From Sphagnum compactum (lineage: Eukaryota): 64,000 nucleotides of DNA. Below are positions 12,151 to 26,039 of this stretch, in pieces. The notes below the pieces were generated by a model, which was not told the origin of the DNA, did not search any database, and worked only from the letters and a program-made list of their open reading frames with translations. How positions within the stretch are numbered: the stretch's first letter is position 1; every line of letters begins with the position of its first letter. The DNA lies in contig OZ234493.1 in the NCBI GenBank assembly GCA_965153455.1, forward strand, positions 33,904,213 through 33,968,212, written 5' to 3'. The position numbers and the translations under genes are program-made.

Positions 12151-13145
12151 GCTGGATTGTTTTGGCACTCACCAGAAGCTGCCCATTTGTCACAATGGGG
12201 ATTCTCATTCTCACAAGACAGGGAGTTGCCATTCTTGATCTGCTGCTGCTGCTGCTGCTTCCTGTCATATGCTCCCACATGGATCCACACAGGGGCCGAC
12301 CATTTCTCACCTTCTATAACTGGACAAGCCATATGCAAGCTTGCCTCGTCTGGTGCAGTTGAAGGATCCAAACTGAAGAACAGCAAGGCATCACCCTTCT
12401 TTGGCTTCACACCTAACCCTCGTTTCCCACACTCGGACCAAGAATCATCAGCTCCTGATGCAGATCCTGATCCTGTCATGTGATCTTGTGCAGCAGCAAC
12501 AGCAGCAGATGGGAAGATGGTCTCACCTCCTTTGATGACATCCGACAAATACATCAAAACTGTGGCCATTCTATGACCCCCAAGAGCTTGGTTGTTCTTG
12601 TCATGGAAGAAATCGAAATGGGGTTCATACTTTTGGTCTCTTTTGTACCTCAGGACTTGAATCTGCTCTGCATTCTCCTTGGGCAAGAGAGTCCAGACTG
12701 CAATCCTGTCCTCAATTGCTGAAACGACTGCATCTTGTCCCTTTCTCAAAAACATTCCTGAGCTTGTTCGCACTTTGCTTTTCACACTCTTGCCTGATTC
12801 ATTGTCTGCTACCATGGATTCCTCTAGTTTGTCTTTCGCAAGCTTGATCAGATGATCACACTCCCAATCTGACAGAAACTGCTTCGCTAAAAATGCTCGC
12901 GGTTTCCACGATAGCTGAATCACTGATGTGGGATCGAAACCTCTGGTCACCTGCTGGTCTTCTTCTTCTGTGTAGCTTCTTGTTCTCGAACTCTCCTGCT
13001 GCAATTCCTTGGGCACTGCAGCCTCTGGATTATACGATTCCCCCATCCATCCCGGCAAGTCATGATCCACATTTACTGCTACTGCTGGTGTTCTTCCGCC
13101 TTGAATCAAACAGATTAGTACCAGCAAAAGCTCCAACAACCTCAT
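12090..13145 (-). CDS. Prolyl 4-hydroxylase with signal peptide and C-terminal ShK (ShKT) domain, single exon, ~351 aa
   Basis: ATG at 13145 (MRLLELLLVLICLI, hydrophobic N-terminus). P4H motifs LSWKPRAF, VRTSSGMF, YEPHFD (HxD), GGET, SLH..CPVIEGEKW. Cys-rich tail CENENPHCDKWAASGECQNNPAYM...CRKACKLC. Confidence 0.92.
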   Translation of the reverse strand: MRLLELLLVLICLIQGGRTPAVAVNVDHDLPGWMGESYNPEAAVPKELQQESSRTRSYTEEEDQQVTRGFDPTSVIQLSWKPRAFLAKQFLSDWECDHLIKLAKDKLEESMVADNESGKSVKSKVRTSSGMFLRKGQDAVVSAIEDRIAVWTLLPKENAEQIQVLRYKRDQKYEPHFDFFHDKNNQALGGHRMATVLMYLSDVIKGGETIFPSAAVAAAQDHMTGSGSASGADDSWSECGKRGLGVKPKKGDALLFFSLDPSTAPDEASLHMACPVIEGEKWSAPVWIHVGAYDRKQQQQQQIKNGNSLSCENENPHCDKWAASGECQNNPAYMVGTSELPGACRKACKLC

Positions 13146-16100
13146 CCTCCTCACGCAGGCCAGAGCGTCAGCTTCTTTTCTTCTTCTTCTTCTTCTTCTT
13201 CTTATTCTTATTCTGCAAAACAACTCGATCCTCGCAGACCCAAACAAAGACTCAAAACAATCAAGAACTTGAATTTTTTCGACAATAACTTTTTCAATCC
13301 AACAAGTGTTGCTACACTTACTTAATTTCTTAAGAACATTGTGCACAAAAAACACACAGCGACGAGAATGCGTTCGAAAGCTGTGGTTTTCAAGCAGCGG
13401 TCCCGGCGCCGCAGCGCGCACGCTGACAACGCGCGCGAAGGAAGAAAGACGAAGGAAAGACGAAGAAGGGCTTTGCTAAGCTGACGCAGAAAGAAAAGAA
13501 AAGAAAAGAAAAGAAAGAAATGAAAAGAAAATGAAAGAAAGAAATGGGGAGGAGGGCCTAACCACAGTTCAGGTTACTTTAACCTACCGACAGTTGGGTT
13601 AAACGGGCTCCGGTCACCGTTCACTGTTTTTTTTTTTTTAAAGGAATTATTTTTGTTTGTAGCCAAAGTAGCAATCGTCCAATCAATAGGAAAAATACGG
13701 CGATAAACCAAATATTAACTGAAAATATTTAATCATGCGTCCTGTATATATATTTAATAGTACGAATTGGAAACCAATCACGGAAATCTGGTTTTTTTTT
13801 TAAAAATTTCTACTTCTAGCGATTGAAAAAAATTCAAAAATCTCGAATATTTTTTATTTTAAATTCTCTAGTTGGCAAATTTTCACAAATAAATAAATAA
13901 ATAGAAAATAAATAAATAAATAAAAGCTGCCCTGGTGTGGTGCCCTGGCTAGGGTTTTTTCTTCCCCATCCCCCTCCCCAGAATTCGAAAGCCTGATTTA
14001 TTCAATGTAAAAAACCCTAGTTTTTGAAAAATCTTTGATTTTTATTGCCCCAAGCTAAGCTAATGGACGCGCATGTGTAGATTTTGGGTGAACCCATCCA
14101 ATTGATGGGTTGTTTTGAAGTTTACCCATCTACTTACTACTTGTTGGGTTTCTTCTCAAAATATGAATGTTGGGTACCTGATTTAATCATGCCTCTATTA
14201 TATCATTTGAGCTCCCTCTTGTTGCTGCGCATTACCAATGATGATGACCAATTATTTTTCATTTTTCTTATGTTTTCATATATTATGTCAATGTCAAATT
14301 TAATTTAAATTAATATACATTTCATCAACATGAAAATACACATGTTAATTTTTTTTTAATATTCATGTTGGTGGATAGGAACAAAAAGTGAAGTAATTTA
14401 TAAAATGGAGGTAGATATTATCAAATGGAGGTAGTCATTAGGAAAGGTGAGATAGTTATTATGAAAGTTAAATAAGGAAAGGAAATAGTTATAAAGAAAG
14501 AAGTTTAGGCTTGAAAATGAAATAATTATTTTTGATTTGTCTTTGGAATGGTCCAAGGACGACCATTTATATCCTTTTTGTATCATGAGGTTTCATATCC
14601 ATATGAAATGTGAAAAAAGTTCATATGATTAAATTTTTTAAATGAAATTTGTTTGATAAACATACAAATATTTAACTTCAATTCCTTCAAATCTATTAAA
14701 ATGAGGTTCTATTGATTTGAAAGATTTATGCAAGAATTGATTCAAATAAAAAACACATCAATTTTTTAATAATTTAATAATATAAAAATGTGAGAAATAA
14801 ATGTTTTTGATTAATTTGATGTTATTTTTAAAACGTCAATAAAGCTTTGATTAATGAAGATTCATTTTTTAAAATAAAAATTAATTTAATTTTTTTTAAT
14901 TGATTAATTTGTTTGTATTGTTGTTGCCTTTTATGTTATAAAGATTTATTATTGCCCTAACATAGTAAACACGCATGTATGATTTTAGGTTTTACCAAGC
15001 ATGTATTGGGGGGGGGGGAAGGAAACACAACTTTAAATTGTGAAAGAACCGCCGGGTCCAGCTTTCTGGTCAGTGTGAACCACTACCACCAGCACCCACC
15101 AGCGCACCATCCACTGGATGCCTGTGATGACTCAGGTGTGGATGAACCTTAACTTGAGTTAATAACAGCTGGTTTGGGCGTGGTAACCCATTCTGTAAGA
15201 AGTAATTCCTATACCTAGATTGATGGGGAGGGGGTGGGGGAAGAATACCCCAGTAATTACTATACCTAGATTGATGGTGAATACCCAGTAAGTAGGTGAA
15301 GGCTATTTTTTACTACCTACCTAGTAAGGATAGGAGGTAATTAAAAAAGCAACTGATCTTCATACTGTGGTTAGCTACGGAACTGAAACTCAACGAAAAA
15401 CCATTTCCTGATCACTTATCATCCATCCTTTGTGGTGTGCTGGTTTACTCTTGCCCAATTTTAGGAAATAGTCTACATTCAGAGAACCGCCGGTTCCAAT
15501 TTTTTTGAAAATCAAATCAAATCAAAGAATTTCTGGTTCCACCGACGGTTATATGTCCAGCTATTTTATATTTTCAAATTTTCGAACATGGTTATATACC
15601 AGAACTAGTTATTTGAATTTTTTTAGACCCGTGGTTACGCAACCTAAGAACCGCCCTGATGGCTGTTGGGGTCTGTTCCTGTTTCTAATAACCACCAAAC
15701 ATTGCCTTTAAAGTTTGATAAGCCAAAAAACGGCTTTTTAAGAAAAATTTATTCATATGGTCATTTATATATATATATAATTAAAAATGGGTCTCAATGA
15801 ATTAAAAATATATATTATAATATGAACATAAATAATTAACATACCTGCAAATACCGGAAATCATCTATCTATGAAGGAAGGTTATTATTTTGTTTGTCAT
15901 GTTGAGATCTCCCAAACCACGACATGATGTCTTGTTGTCATGCACGCTCTTGGTGCGATTGAAAAGCCCTCCATGAGTTCGGGTGCACTAAGTTGATTTC
16001 ATAATGTTTTGACTCACGGTGGAGAACTTATTGAATATCATAGTAGTACAAGGGTAGCTTCCACACAATGTCCATCAAATAATTAATTAAATTTAAATAT

Positions 16101-17927
16101 TTCATTTTCAACAATAAATTATTCACAAAGATTCTCTAATTAACTTCAAAAACAATATTTTAAGAAAAAATTTCAACATTTTTGGAAATAATAATAATAA
16201 TAATTAGTGTCAAAGTTGTCGAGGTATTACAATATTGAAAAATTATAGAGGAATTGGGATGTTGTCCTTGTAAGAAACCTCTTGCTCTATCTTGACAAGA
16301 AGATTACGCCTCGTAACGTGACCTAAAAATTTACATTATGCACTTCCGTCGAGGTCATTACGAAAAAGAAAAACCCTTTCTCTCCTGCCTCCCAGTAAGG
16401 TATTCTCTCTTCCGTCTTCTTCATTAAGGAGTTGCACCTTCAGGGGTGTGCAAGTTTGACATACCATTGTTTTTTGCAAGACAACAGGGAAGCCTGGCTG
16501 CACCTTCAGCCTAAAACTTTAATATGCTAATGGAAAGAAACCCTATCAAGTTCCAACCCCTTCAATGCATGCTACCTGGCATGTTCCGTGCCCACTTGAT
16601 ACTTGTAACATGAGAGGTTATGGGTGCAGAAGAACATGGCAAGGTTATTCTATTAAATCACAAACCTAAATATCTCAAGGAATTGTAGACATTCCTTCAA
16701 CCAAAACTTTCTAGAAATAACAACCAACAGGACGTTGTGTAATAGTTCCAAGTTTATCTATAATGGTTTTTGTAATTCAGCTTTTGATGAAGACAATTTG
16801 CAATTGTGATCATTTTGTGTATTGGATGTTTTCTGGTTTCATTTTCCATTAATGGTTTAACAAAGCTATGTTGTTGACATTAGTTTGAAAGACAACCAAA
16901 TTGGAAATTTCAATCAATTGGGAAACTCCACAAATTCCATTCTCCTGAGCTAAACAACTCAGAAGGGGGTTGCTGGATTTTGCAGACTTTGTGACCCATT
17001 TGGAAGATACAGGACAGACATGTCTTCAGATTGTAATCCCCAAAACAATAGCAGAGGACCTAGGCCCTTAGGATTATTTATTGTCTTTCATCCCCCAAAT
17101 GCAAAACTTGTTCTAAATTGGAAGATACACCGTTGGAGCAGGCAAGCAAAAGGACTAACCAAGTAGTAATGTCCATAATACCCAATCTCCAGAAAAAATG
17201 TGTGAAGCAAAGAAGAAATGGAGGAGATACTGCAATTTACTGCATAAGTGATCTTTTGTACAATTCTCCTAAACGCTCAGTTGCATGTCAAAGACATGAT
17301 CACATTTTGTGAAACCAGAAATGAACATCAGATACTTGTTATCTACTACAAACACATGAGCGTATCTACTCATAAAACTCTGCATCTGTGAGAATCGCCA
17401 CACCCCAAACCTGCAAAAATCCAGCAGATCTACAAGACAGATTCTCAACAGATTTCCGAGACTTGACATCACAAAGATGATGATGTTATGTGAGGAGGGA
17501 AGTCAACTGATAAAACGTGACTCTCAGCTTGTGATCGATATTCAAATGTTTACATCTGAGAGGAGAGAATAGGTATGGAAAAAATCAGGCAAAAATTGTC
17601 ACCGTATAATCTTCTCCCAGATCATCCATCACATTCAGCCTGTTGCAACTAACGATGTACATCTTGCTAATATAGTTTTCTAACTTGAAGCTGCTGTGAA
17701 CAGAAAAACCACATCAATCCTCTACAAAAAGCAATATGAAGCAGCAATGTAAGAATCCGAAAGCAGCTCTTAAGAAAAGCAAGATAAACCCTAAACCAAA
17801 TAGCTTCAAGGGCGGATGCTGAATTGAAATCCACTCAAATGCTTTTTGCAAACACCTTCTTAGTCCTCTTGCAACTAGCTTGTCAAGCTCCACTCGTACA
17901 GCAGCAGTAACAACAACGAGATGGATT

Positions 17928-18452
17928 TCAACATGCAGGTCTGAATGCAGCAAACAAGAAACAATCCCTTACTTGACCCTTGATAACAATGTATTTCAAC
18001 AAAGTACCTTCGAGCTGGAATCCTGCTTTCTCAAGCACTCGCCGTGAGGCAGAATTTGACAACTGAACCAAAGCTTCTATGCGCACGACATCCAAATCCA
18101 GAAACCCAGTGGAAAGAGCCAATTTCACAGCAATTGTCATAATCCCTTGACCCCAGTATTTCTTGGCAATGCAATACCCTAAAGTGGCTCTGCAACTGTC
18201 CATCATACCTTGACCCTTCTCCAAGCTTATAGATCCCACTGCCCTTCCATCAACACAAATGGCTTTTAGCCAAGGATGAGGAATGGCCACAGAGTTCAAG
18301 AACTTCATACCCTGCTCTTGGGATTCATAGGAATCCCACACCAAAGTCTTGGTGACATCGTCGTCCGTTGCCCACTCCATGAAGTCCGGAAGGTCAGCAG
18401 CTGTAAAACGTCGCAGCGTGACTCGGGAAGCATCGACATTGCTCGACATCAT
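17928..18452 (-). CDS. GNAT-family (RimJ/RimL-like) N-acetyltransferase, single coding exon
   Basis: 174-aa ORF with VTLRRF...DFMEWATD, LGYCIAKKYWGQGIMT (acetyl-CoA-binding loop) and NSASRRVLEKAGFQLEG. Confidence 0.9.
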   Translation of the reverse strand: MMSSNVDASRVTLRRFTAADLPDFMEWATDDDVTKTLVWDSYESQEQGMKFLNSVAIPHPWLKAICVDGRAVGSISLEKGQGMMDSCRATLGYCIAKKYWGQGIMTIAVKLALSTGFLDLDVVRIEALVQLSNSASRRVLEKAGFQLEGTLLKYIVIKGQVRDCFLFAAFRPAC

Positions 18453-18587
18453 CAGCTAGCTAGCTGCTGATCTCGTCTGTCTTCTGCTTCTTCCGCTCTT
18501 CGTCTCTCTCTCCCCTCCACAACTGCTGACCAGAGTGAAACAACCCACCTTCTTAACTACCTACCAACTTCAAAAATACAGGCAAGT

Positions 18588-18715
18588 ATTCAAACTACCT
18601 CTATTATTGTGAGGTTCAGCAATCGTCACTCTTACAAGTGCCATCATGTTCATTCAAACTACCTCTATTATTGTGAGGTTCAGCAATCGTCACTCTTACA
18701 AGTGCCATCATGTTC
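18588..18715. repeat. Perfect 64-bp tandem duplication upstream of the GNAT gene
   Basis: 18588-18651 is identical to 18652-18715 (ATTCAAACTACCTC...GCCATCATGTTC). Confidence 0.95.
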
Positions 18716-19278
18716 TAATAGTAGCATGGGTCATAGATTTCCTTCTCTTCCATCATGACACACCTTTAAATACATTCCCACTAACTACATGTCCACAATT
18801 AATGTCACATTAAATTGAAAAAACTTTGTTAATTTCTATGAATTACTTATCTCTTGTGAGAAAGTGGAAACCTATGCACTTGAACATTATGATTTGGATC
18901 TAACATATTTTCTAATATCTTGGTTTTCATACAAGAAGCATCAATTTGTACTTATTGTACGACCTAAATGGACACCCCCATGTGCATGGAGATTGGGCCC
19001 AAAAGGAGTAAGGTTGAAGTGAATATGCATATGTCAAAGGAAGCCATGTAGCCACGTACCAAGGGTGCACCACTAGTAGATTGTTTTCCAACACATTTCA
19101 ATGTGCCAAGAAAGCAACATAATAGGGTTTCAGGTACCAATTGTGAAGTCTAAAAGAACTAACAACCCCAACTAACCACCCAAACAACACGCATGAATCA
19201 ACATTCTTAACTAACAACACAACAACAATACAAAGTTTTGCAATTAATAAACAACTTAATGTGTCTAAGTGAAACATG

Positions 19279-21058
19279 TGGACAAATCAACAATTAGAGG
19301 ATACCATGAATATAGTGGAGAGGGGACACACATATTTAAGGAAAGCTAGCAAGTATTATAACATCTTGTTAATCACCTCAATGGTAGAACTAGAAGCAAG
19401 AAAGTGAGCCCCCAGGGTGTGTTAACAGAACAAAAGGATGAAAAAATTACCACTTGGGTTCAAAACATGCAAAAGGTTGGTTAATTTGTCACCCTTCATC
19501 AACTGAAATTGAAGGTTGTTGAAATCAACAAACCGGACAAGTACCCCCATTTTGAAATGGTGTTCCAAAAAATACCTAGTGGTTATGGTTCAAGAAATGT
19601 TATCCAAAAATTAACATATGCCTTGTAGAAGGATTAGAAGTTTCTATGGCAAAGGGGTCAACTAAGGAAATATGCCATATCATTTATTACAACTTGGAAA
19701 ACTTATACACATCACACAAATACCCATCATATCACATTTGGAATTCAAATAGAACAAGAATCCGGTGCTAGGGTTTTGGCTAGACAAAGCTCACGTGATG
19801 TTTACAACACCATTTCCAAGTCTTAGAAGTGGTTGACTATGAATTGTTTTGTTAATGCAACATGAATAGCTTTACCCTCCTTTTACATTTTTAGAGGCTC
19901 AAGGATGCGAGAAAACTACATAAAGTTATGTAGACCAGGAACATGCATGGCCATGTAGAAAAACTCTTGGATGACAATTTACCTTTTCAATCATTGGTTT
20001 TTTTTTTACACAAATCTATTTAAGGGGGGTTCTCAAAAGAATCAACATCTCTTGATTCCCAATGGGCATGGGTCATATGTTACAATAAAGGCCCTTGAAC
20101 AAACAATAGAACTAAGTTTGGACATGGTTACCTTACTTGCACATACTTCGCATGCACTCCAACCATTGGAGATTGCCTACTTCAAACCATTCAAAAATGC
20201 ATTTAGAATGGAAAGAGATTGTGATATGGCAAAACACAAGTATCTTGAACTAGACAAAATAACATTGGTAGAATGGGTGGACAAGGCCTTGAAACAATCC
20301 TAGAAAAAAAAAACATAAAATCAAGGTTCAAGGTTTGTGGAATCTAGCCATTGAATCCTATAGCCATGGTTGGAAAGTTTGGTCCAAGAGAAATGTTCAT
20401 TGCTACAAAAAAGGAAAATCATGAAAATTATACCAATCAAATGTAACAAATGAATCCAGCAACAATGGGGATGAGGTCAAAGCTACCATAGAGATGCTAA
20501 ACATTGTTGAGATTTTCCAACTAGTGTCTACAACTATTCCTACATCTGAATGCTCCTCTTCACCCACAATCGACTACTATGTAGAAATGCCATACATTTA
20601 TACCACCCCAACAAACAACCACAAAGAAAATCAATTGGTGGTGAACTTGGAAGATCTTACTCTTGAATTAAATGACCTAATTGGTCTGAATCAAACTCAA
20701 GAAGTTTTTGGATTAACTAACCTATTGTCTCTACCATGATTACTAACAAGGAAAGACAATGCAAAGAACCGCTAGTGGATTATTGCAATTCACATGTGGT
20801 CACATCAGACCATACCTAGCAATGCTGAAACATAAGGCAATGGACAAAGAAGTTTCTAATAAAATCAAAGAGTTAAAAACAAAGAAAAAGGAGGAAAGAA
20901 GATCAAGAAGGGTTGAAACTACATTTACCCAAGCTAAGATAGCATTTCAAAGGAGAATTGAGAAGGATAATAGAACTAAATTCAATGTTGTATCGTCTAT
21001 TGTTATTGTTAGGGCTATTGGTGAAAGATTCCACAATAATTCAAAAATAGAGTGGTAA
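19279..21058 (+). mobile_element. Decayed pogo/Tigger-type (DDE_1) transposase remnant
   Basis: psq-HTH-like WTNQQLEDTMNIVERG..LRKASKYYNI, then WLWFKK.YP, HIWNS, LPSFYIFRG, HLLIPNGHGSYVT (cf. LLILDGHGSH) and AHTSHALQPLEIAYFKPFK (cf. PHTSHxLQPLD). Many stops and frameshifts; catalytic Asp positions are substituted; no terminal inverted repeats identified. Confidence 0.82.
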
Positions 21059-24000
21059 ATACAGAATTTTTAATCCTATATTTTGATTTAATTCCAAACT
21101 AAAACATCTCATAAAAATAAAATTTTCTCATTATATCTATTCATATCTAGTTTCAAAATTAAAATCTAGTCGTGAAAGTATGACAAAAACATCAAAACGT
21201 GAAATTTGGCTATGAAATTAAAGCTTTTCTAGAAAACAAAATGCTTTTGTTTCATACTCCATCAAAACTCATGTTCTACAATGAATAATACTCTTTCATT
21301 CTCTTCCTTCTTCCAAGATATAACCATTTAAAAAAAATAGTCTCACGATCTATTCAAATTCAAATGGTGAGAAAAACTATGTAATCTAGCTAGTAATTTT
21401 TAAAACAGTAACTAGGTAAGTAGAAATATACTAACTAACTATTACCATGAATAATTATTCCCTTAACATAGGGTTTTGATCCCATCCTCTAGGGTACATA
21501 AGGTTTGGCTTAGGAAACACATATGTGCAACAAAGAAGTGATAGACAAGAAAAATGGGCAAAAATGCAGCTTGATGGGCATGTCCTAACCGAATTGCAAC
21601 CTACCACTCAATAACATAAATGAAAGAAACAAGGGTTTTTAATGGGTTCTGATGGCACTAATGATGGTCAATCAATAGAGAAAAAAGGTATGGAGAGGTA
21701 TGGGGATTTTATGATGGGTTCTATTGGCTTTAGTGATTCAAAAGAGATAGAGAAAAAAGAAGGAACAAAGGAAAAAGAGGCCCAAAAAAATGTTTTTGTA
21801 GATAAAGAAAAAGGGATAAATATATTTTAAAGTACAAAAACAATTTGAACTAAAAATTTAAGTTACAAATTTTTTTTAATAATTTCAATTGCACAATTCA
21901 TTTACAATGGAAAATTTGGGTATTATATAAAATTTTCTAGAAAATTTGAGGTCTGTAAATATGTAGTTAGCTATACACTAAACATTTGATTATTAAAAAT
22001 AAAATTAGGTTTCAAAGTTTGGGTATCCAGCTTTGCAATTGAACTAAGTGCTAAAACATTTTCCAATGATAATGAGATGTGAAGGGTCAAAGTCATTTGT
22101 CTTCTTCTTCACCAACACCACCATCATTATTGATTCATTCTACGACAACACGTAAACACAAACAAACACAAATCAATCACAAGATGGTGTAGATGGTGTT
22201 GACTTATAAACACAAAATAAATAGGAAGGGTCATAAACGAAAAAACATAAGGGGTAAGGAATTTAAAATACGCAATAATTTATGTTCATCATGAATGACA
22301 ACGATAGTGATGGCAAGGGTCTGCTATGATCTGTGAAGTTCACACGATGGCGTCGATGACTTAGGTCAGGCTTATGTAAACAAACACAACATGAACAAGA
22401 TACTTGAAATCAAAAGAGAGAAAGAGACTTGAGATTGAGAAGGAATGGGAGACTAAAATTGAGATTTTAAAGAAACTAAAATTGAAAAATGTGCACACAT
22501 GCATTGAACCCCTACATCCTTTTCATGCAATGGTGTCAAGTTCATGTTAAAAGGTAGAAATATTTAGATTAGTTAGTACCATAAGCCTTTTGATAACTAA
22601 TGGTTATTAATGGTAGACTTACCGTCCCTTACCCAAGGGGTGAAGCTCGTGGGATTAAGTAGTTCATGTTAGTGAATGGTTGGGGGTAATAAACCCAATC
22701 CTCTAAAAGATTTCTAAGAAGAAATTAGGATAAAGGCCCTATTTTCATGGGCTCAATGTGGGCCTTGTGTGGTTTTGTTGAAAAGAAGGATTAGAGGAGG
22801 TTTTGGAGGACTTCTAAAGCATTTGATATCTTTGTAGTTGTGAGTTGAAATGAGGGACTTTCTTGGAGAAATGTGTGTTGTATTACTAGGGAGTAGAAGG
22901 TAGTGAGGAAATATACTTGTATTTGTGTGTGATTTTAATGGAAAATGGTTGAAGAGCTCGATGTCTTTTAGTGTGCATCTATTTTATTAGGAGGTGTGGA
23001 AAGTAGAACAATGGGATATTATACAAAGTATGTTGCTCCTTGACATGGTATTTTTGTATTTCTTTTAGAACAAAGAGTAAAGAGGCATACCACTTGGTAG
23101 CCTCTAGAGTAGTAAGTTACTGGCTTCCACATTAAGGTAGTAACCAATATTTGGTTGTAGTAATAAGGGGGAGATCATTAGCAGGTAGCTGCTTGTAGAC
23201 TAGAATGTACTATAGGTGGTAGGCAATGGCTATGAATGGATGTAGTGTGGTGCAAATGGTAGAAAGCCATGGGGAGGCATTCCGAAGTGTTGCAAGCAAC
23301 AAGAAAATCTCTAAAGGGCATGCATGCATGGTTGAGGTGAAGACAATAGTTGTAAGAGGTCTGTAGACCCCACTAGGGCAACACCCAAGGCCGTTGAAGG
23401 TACTACAAAACCTTGGAAAATAATTACTCTCGAGTTATGATCATTTCCCATATTGCCTTTCTCTATTTTCTTCCCTACCCCCTAGATTAACCTACATACA
23501 TGACAATAAGTCTATTCATAAACAACATACCTACCTTCTTCCTTTGTTTTTTGTTTGACTTCCTACTTACTACTTGAGTAGTTGGAGTCTAGTAAGCTAG
23601 TGAAGGCAATTTCTTTCTGTTGAATAATAAGGTGTTGACCTTGTTCCCTCTATCTTACCTCTTGGAGGATGGTAAGGATTAGGGGTCACAATTTCACCCC
23701 TTAATAGTTCCTATTGAGACACATAGAAAATTCAAACCTAAGAAAGAAATTGAATTCGTATAGAAACACACAACAAACTCAAAAGCTTGAAAGCAAAGTC
23801 GAATTCTTGTAAAAAAACACAAAAAATTCAAACGTGAAAAATAAATCAAGTTCCTATAAAAACACATAAAAAACTCATGGACATGAAAGAAAATGAAATT
23901 CTAGCTCCGACTCTAAGAGAGAAGGAGATTCAAAATGAGAAAAATGCATTGTCATGCACACGTATCGAACCCTTGAACCTCTATTTCCTCTTCACACGAT

Positions 24001-26039
24001 GTTGTTGCAATGGCCTTGAATTCTTGGGTAGATGGCATCATAATGGTGTCAAGTTCTTATAATGACACAACATGAAAAACATACAAACTTTAAAAGACGG
24101 AAAATGAAATGTAAATAGGGAAGGAAACTTTGAATGATAAACACACATGCATTGAACCCCTAAGAAAGGGAGACTTAGATTATGAGAGGGGGGGAAATTG
24201 AGAGACTGAAAGAAAGATCAAAAGTAAGAGAAAGAAATAAACAAACCTAAACCAATTTGAAGAGCAAACTACAATGACCATCACTGTAATGTTCTTTTTT
24301 CAAATCTAAGAGGAGACAAGGAAATTATCCCATGTAGCATCTAGGAGGTTGTTAATCTCAGGGTAATCATGAGTTACAATTTAAAATATGCATATTTCAA
24401 AACCCTAAATAAACCTATGACTACGCGATTAGTGCTCCAAATATTTGGACTTCTTATAATTTTGAAAAAATCTAAACAAGAATAAAAAATAATTTAAATT
24501 TAATGATATTAGTATTCTTTTATTTATGGGAAGTAAGGTGTCCTTCCATAAGATTTAAATTGTTATTTATAAGGTGTGAATTGCACAAAGATAAAATTGT
24601 TTTATGTTTTATCCATTTGTTTCAAAACATTGAAACTCCCTTCATTTTCAATAGTAGCAACTTTCTCATTTTTGTTCAAAATTGAGTGTCGTAAACACCT
24701 ACTAGTGTTGTGGCTAAAGACTCACTTAAGCTCTTTGAAAACCTTGATGAAAAAGTGCACAATTATTAAACCTTTAAGCTCTGAACTCTTAAATGTTTGC
24801 TCAGGGCTGTTCTACCTTATATGGAACAAGAAATGTTCTTTTTAAAAAAAGTGGAATTGAAAAAAATCTCAACTTCGAAAAACTATACACTAAGTGATAA
24901 ACAAAACTATATTCCATTCATTTTTAAAAATATTTTATTAGCTTTAAATATAGCTTTAATTTTCCCACTTAATATTTTGTAATTCCTATTTAATTATACT
25001 TCAAATGTAGGGCACACTTAAATATAATTATGGCATCATCACAAACTTCTCATCCCACGATTTAATAATAAATTTTGTGTGAATTTTGAATGAACCTATG
25101 AAGTTAATCAGTTTGTGATGATGTTTTGCATTTGTATATGTTCGTATAGACATCAAGGTTTAAGGCATCTAACATTAAAGTTATTTAAGGTTTAGGATTT
25201 AAAATTCAATGCATGTTGTGGGTTTCATAAAAATAAATTGTTTCCTTTTGTATAGGTTTGTTAAGCTACTAGTGTTTAGGGCATCCACCATTCATTAGGG
25301 CTCAGTCTTTTTTATTCAATTAATTATTTAAAACTGAGAATTAATTTTTTTCACTCCTTTGTTTTTGGAACTTAATTTGCCTTCAAAGTTCAATGCGAAA
25401 TGTGGGTTTCATATGTTTATTTTGATTTATCTTTATATTGGATTATAAGGCTATTAGTTTTTAGGGTTGAGTCCATTAGAATTATTTAGGGTTTTGGGAT
25501 ATGGGTTTAATGAATTGTGGGTTTTAAATTTTTTCAATGTTATGTTCTTAAGTGACATTACCCATCCTTAACACTAATGGTATGTTTACCTCTTTTAGTT
25601 TTTTAAAAAAGCATAATTGTGTATTTGTTTTTAGAATTCATGTACTTTTGGTTTGCTTTGGACTAATTTAGCAAAATCATAAATTTGCATTAAGAAAAGT
25701 CCACAATTGAAACATGGGTGTTACATTTTTGGCCCCTCACAAACAATGTGCATTTTTACATTATGTGGAATGGAGTATTACATTTATAATAACCATACAT
25801 TACTACAAATCATGACCTTTTAAAAAACCCAACTTGATCAAAGTGTTTTTTTTCAACTAGAAGTGATGTTCATTTTGACTAATGGGTCAAGGCATGAAAA
25901 ACATGTGTTATTTTTTACTAGTACATTTGACTAAAGTGACATTTTTGATTAGGTGTCAATCGGTCATCTAGTCAAAAGGGATAAACAAAAGAAAAAGGTC
26001 AATCAAAATGACCATGCCTTAATCAAATTGAACATACCG

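Noticed and set aside
13146-13421. 92-aa N-terminal extension of the P4H ORF in the ORF track
   Set aside because: It starts at a non-ATG codon and crosses a (GAA)n microsatellite; the signal peptide begins at the ATG at 13145.
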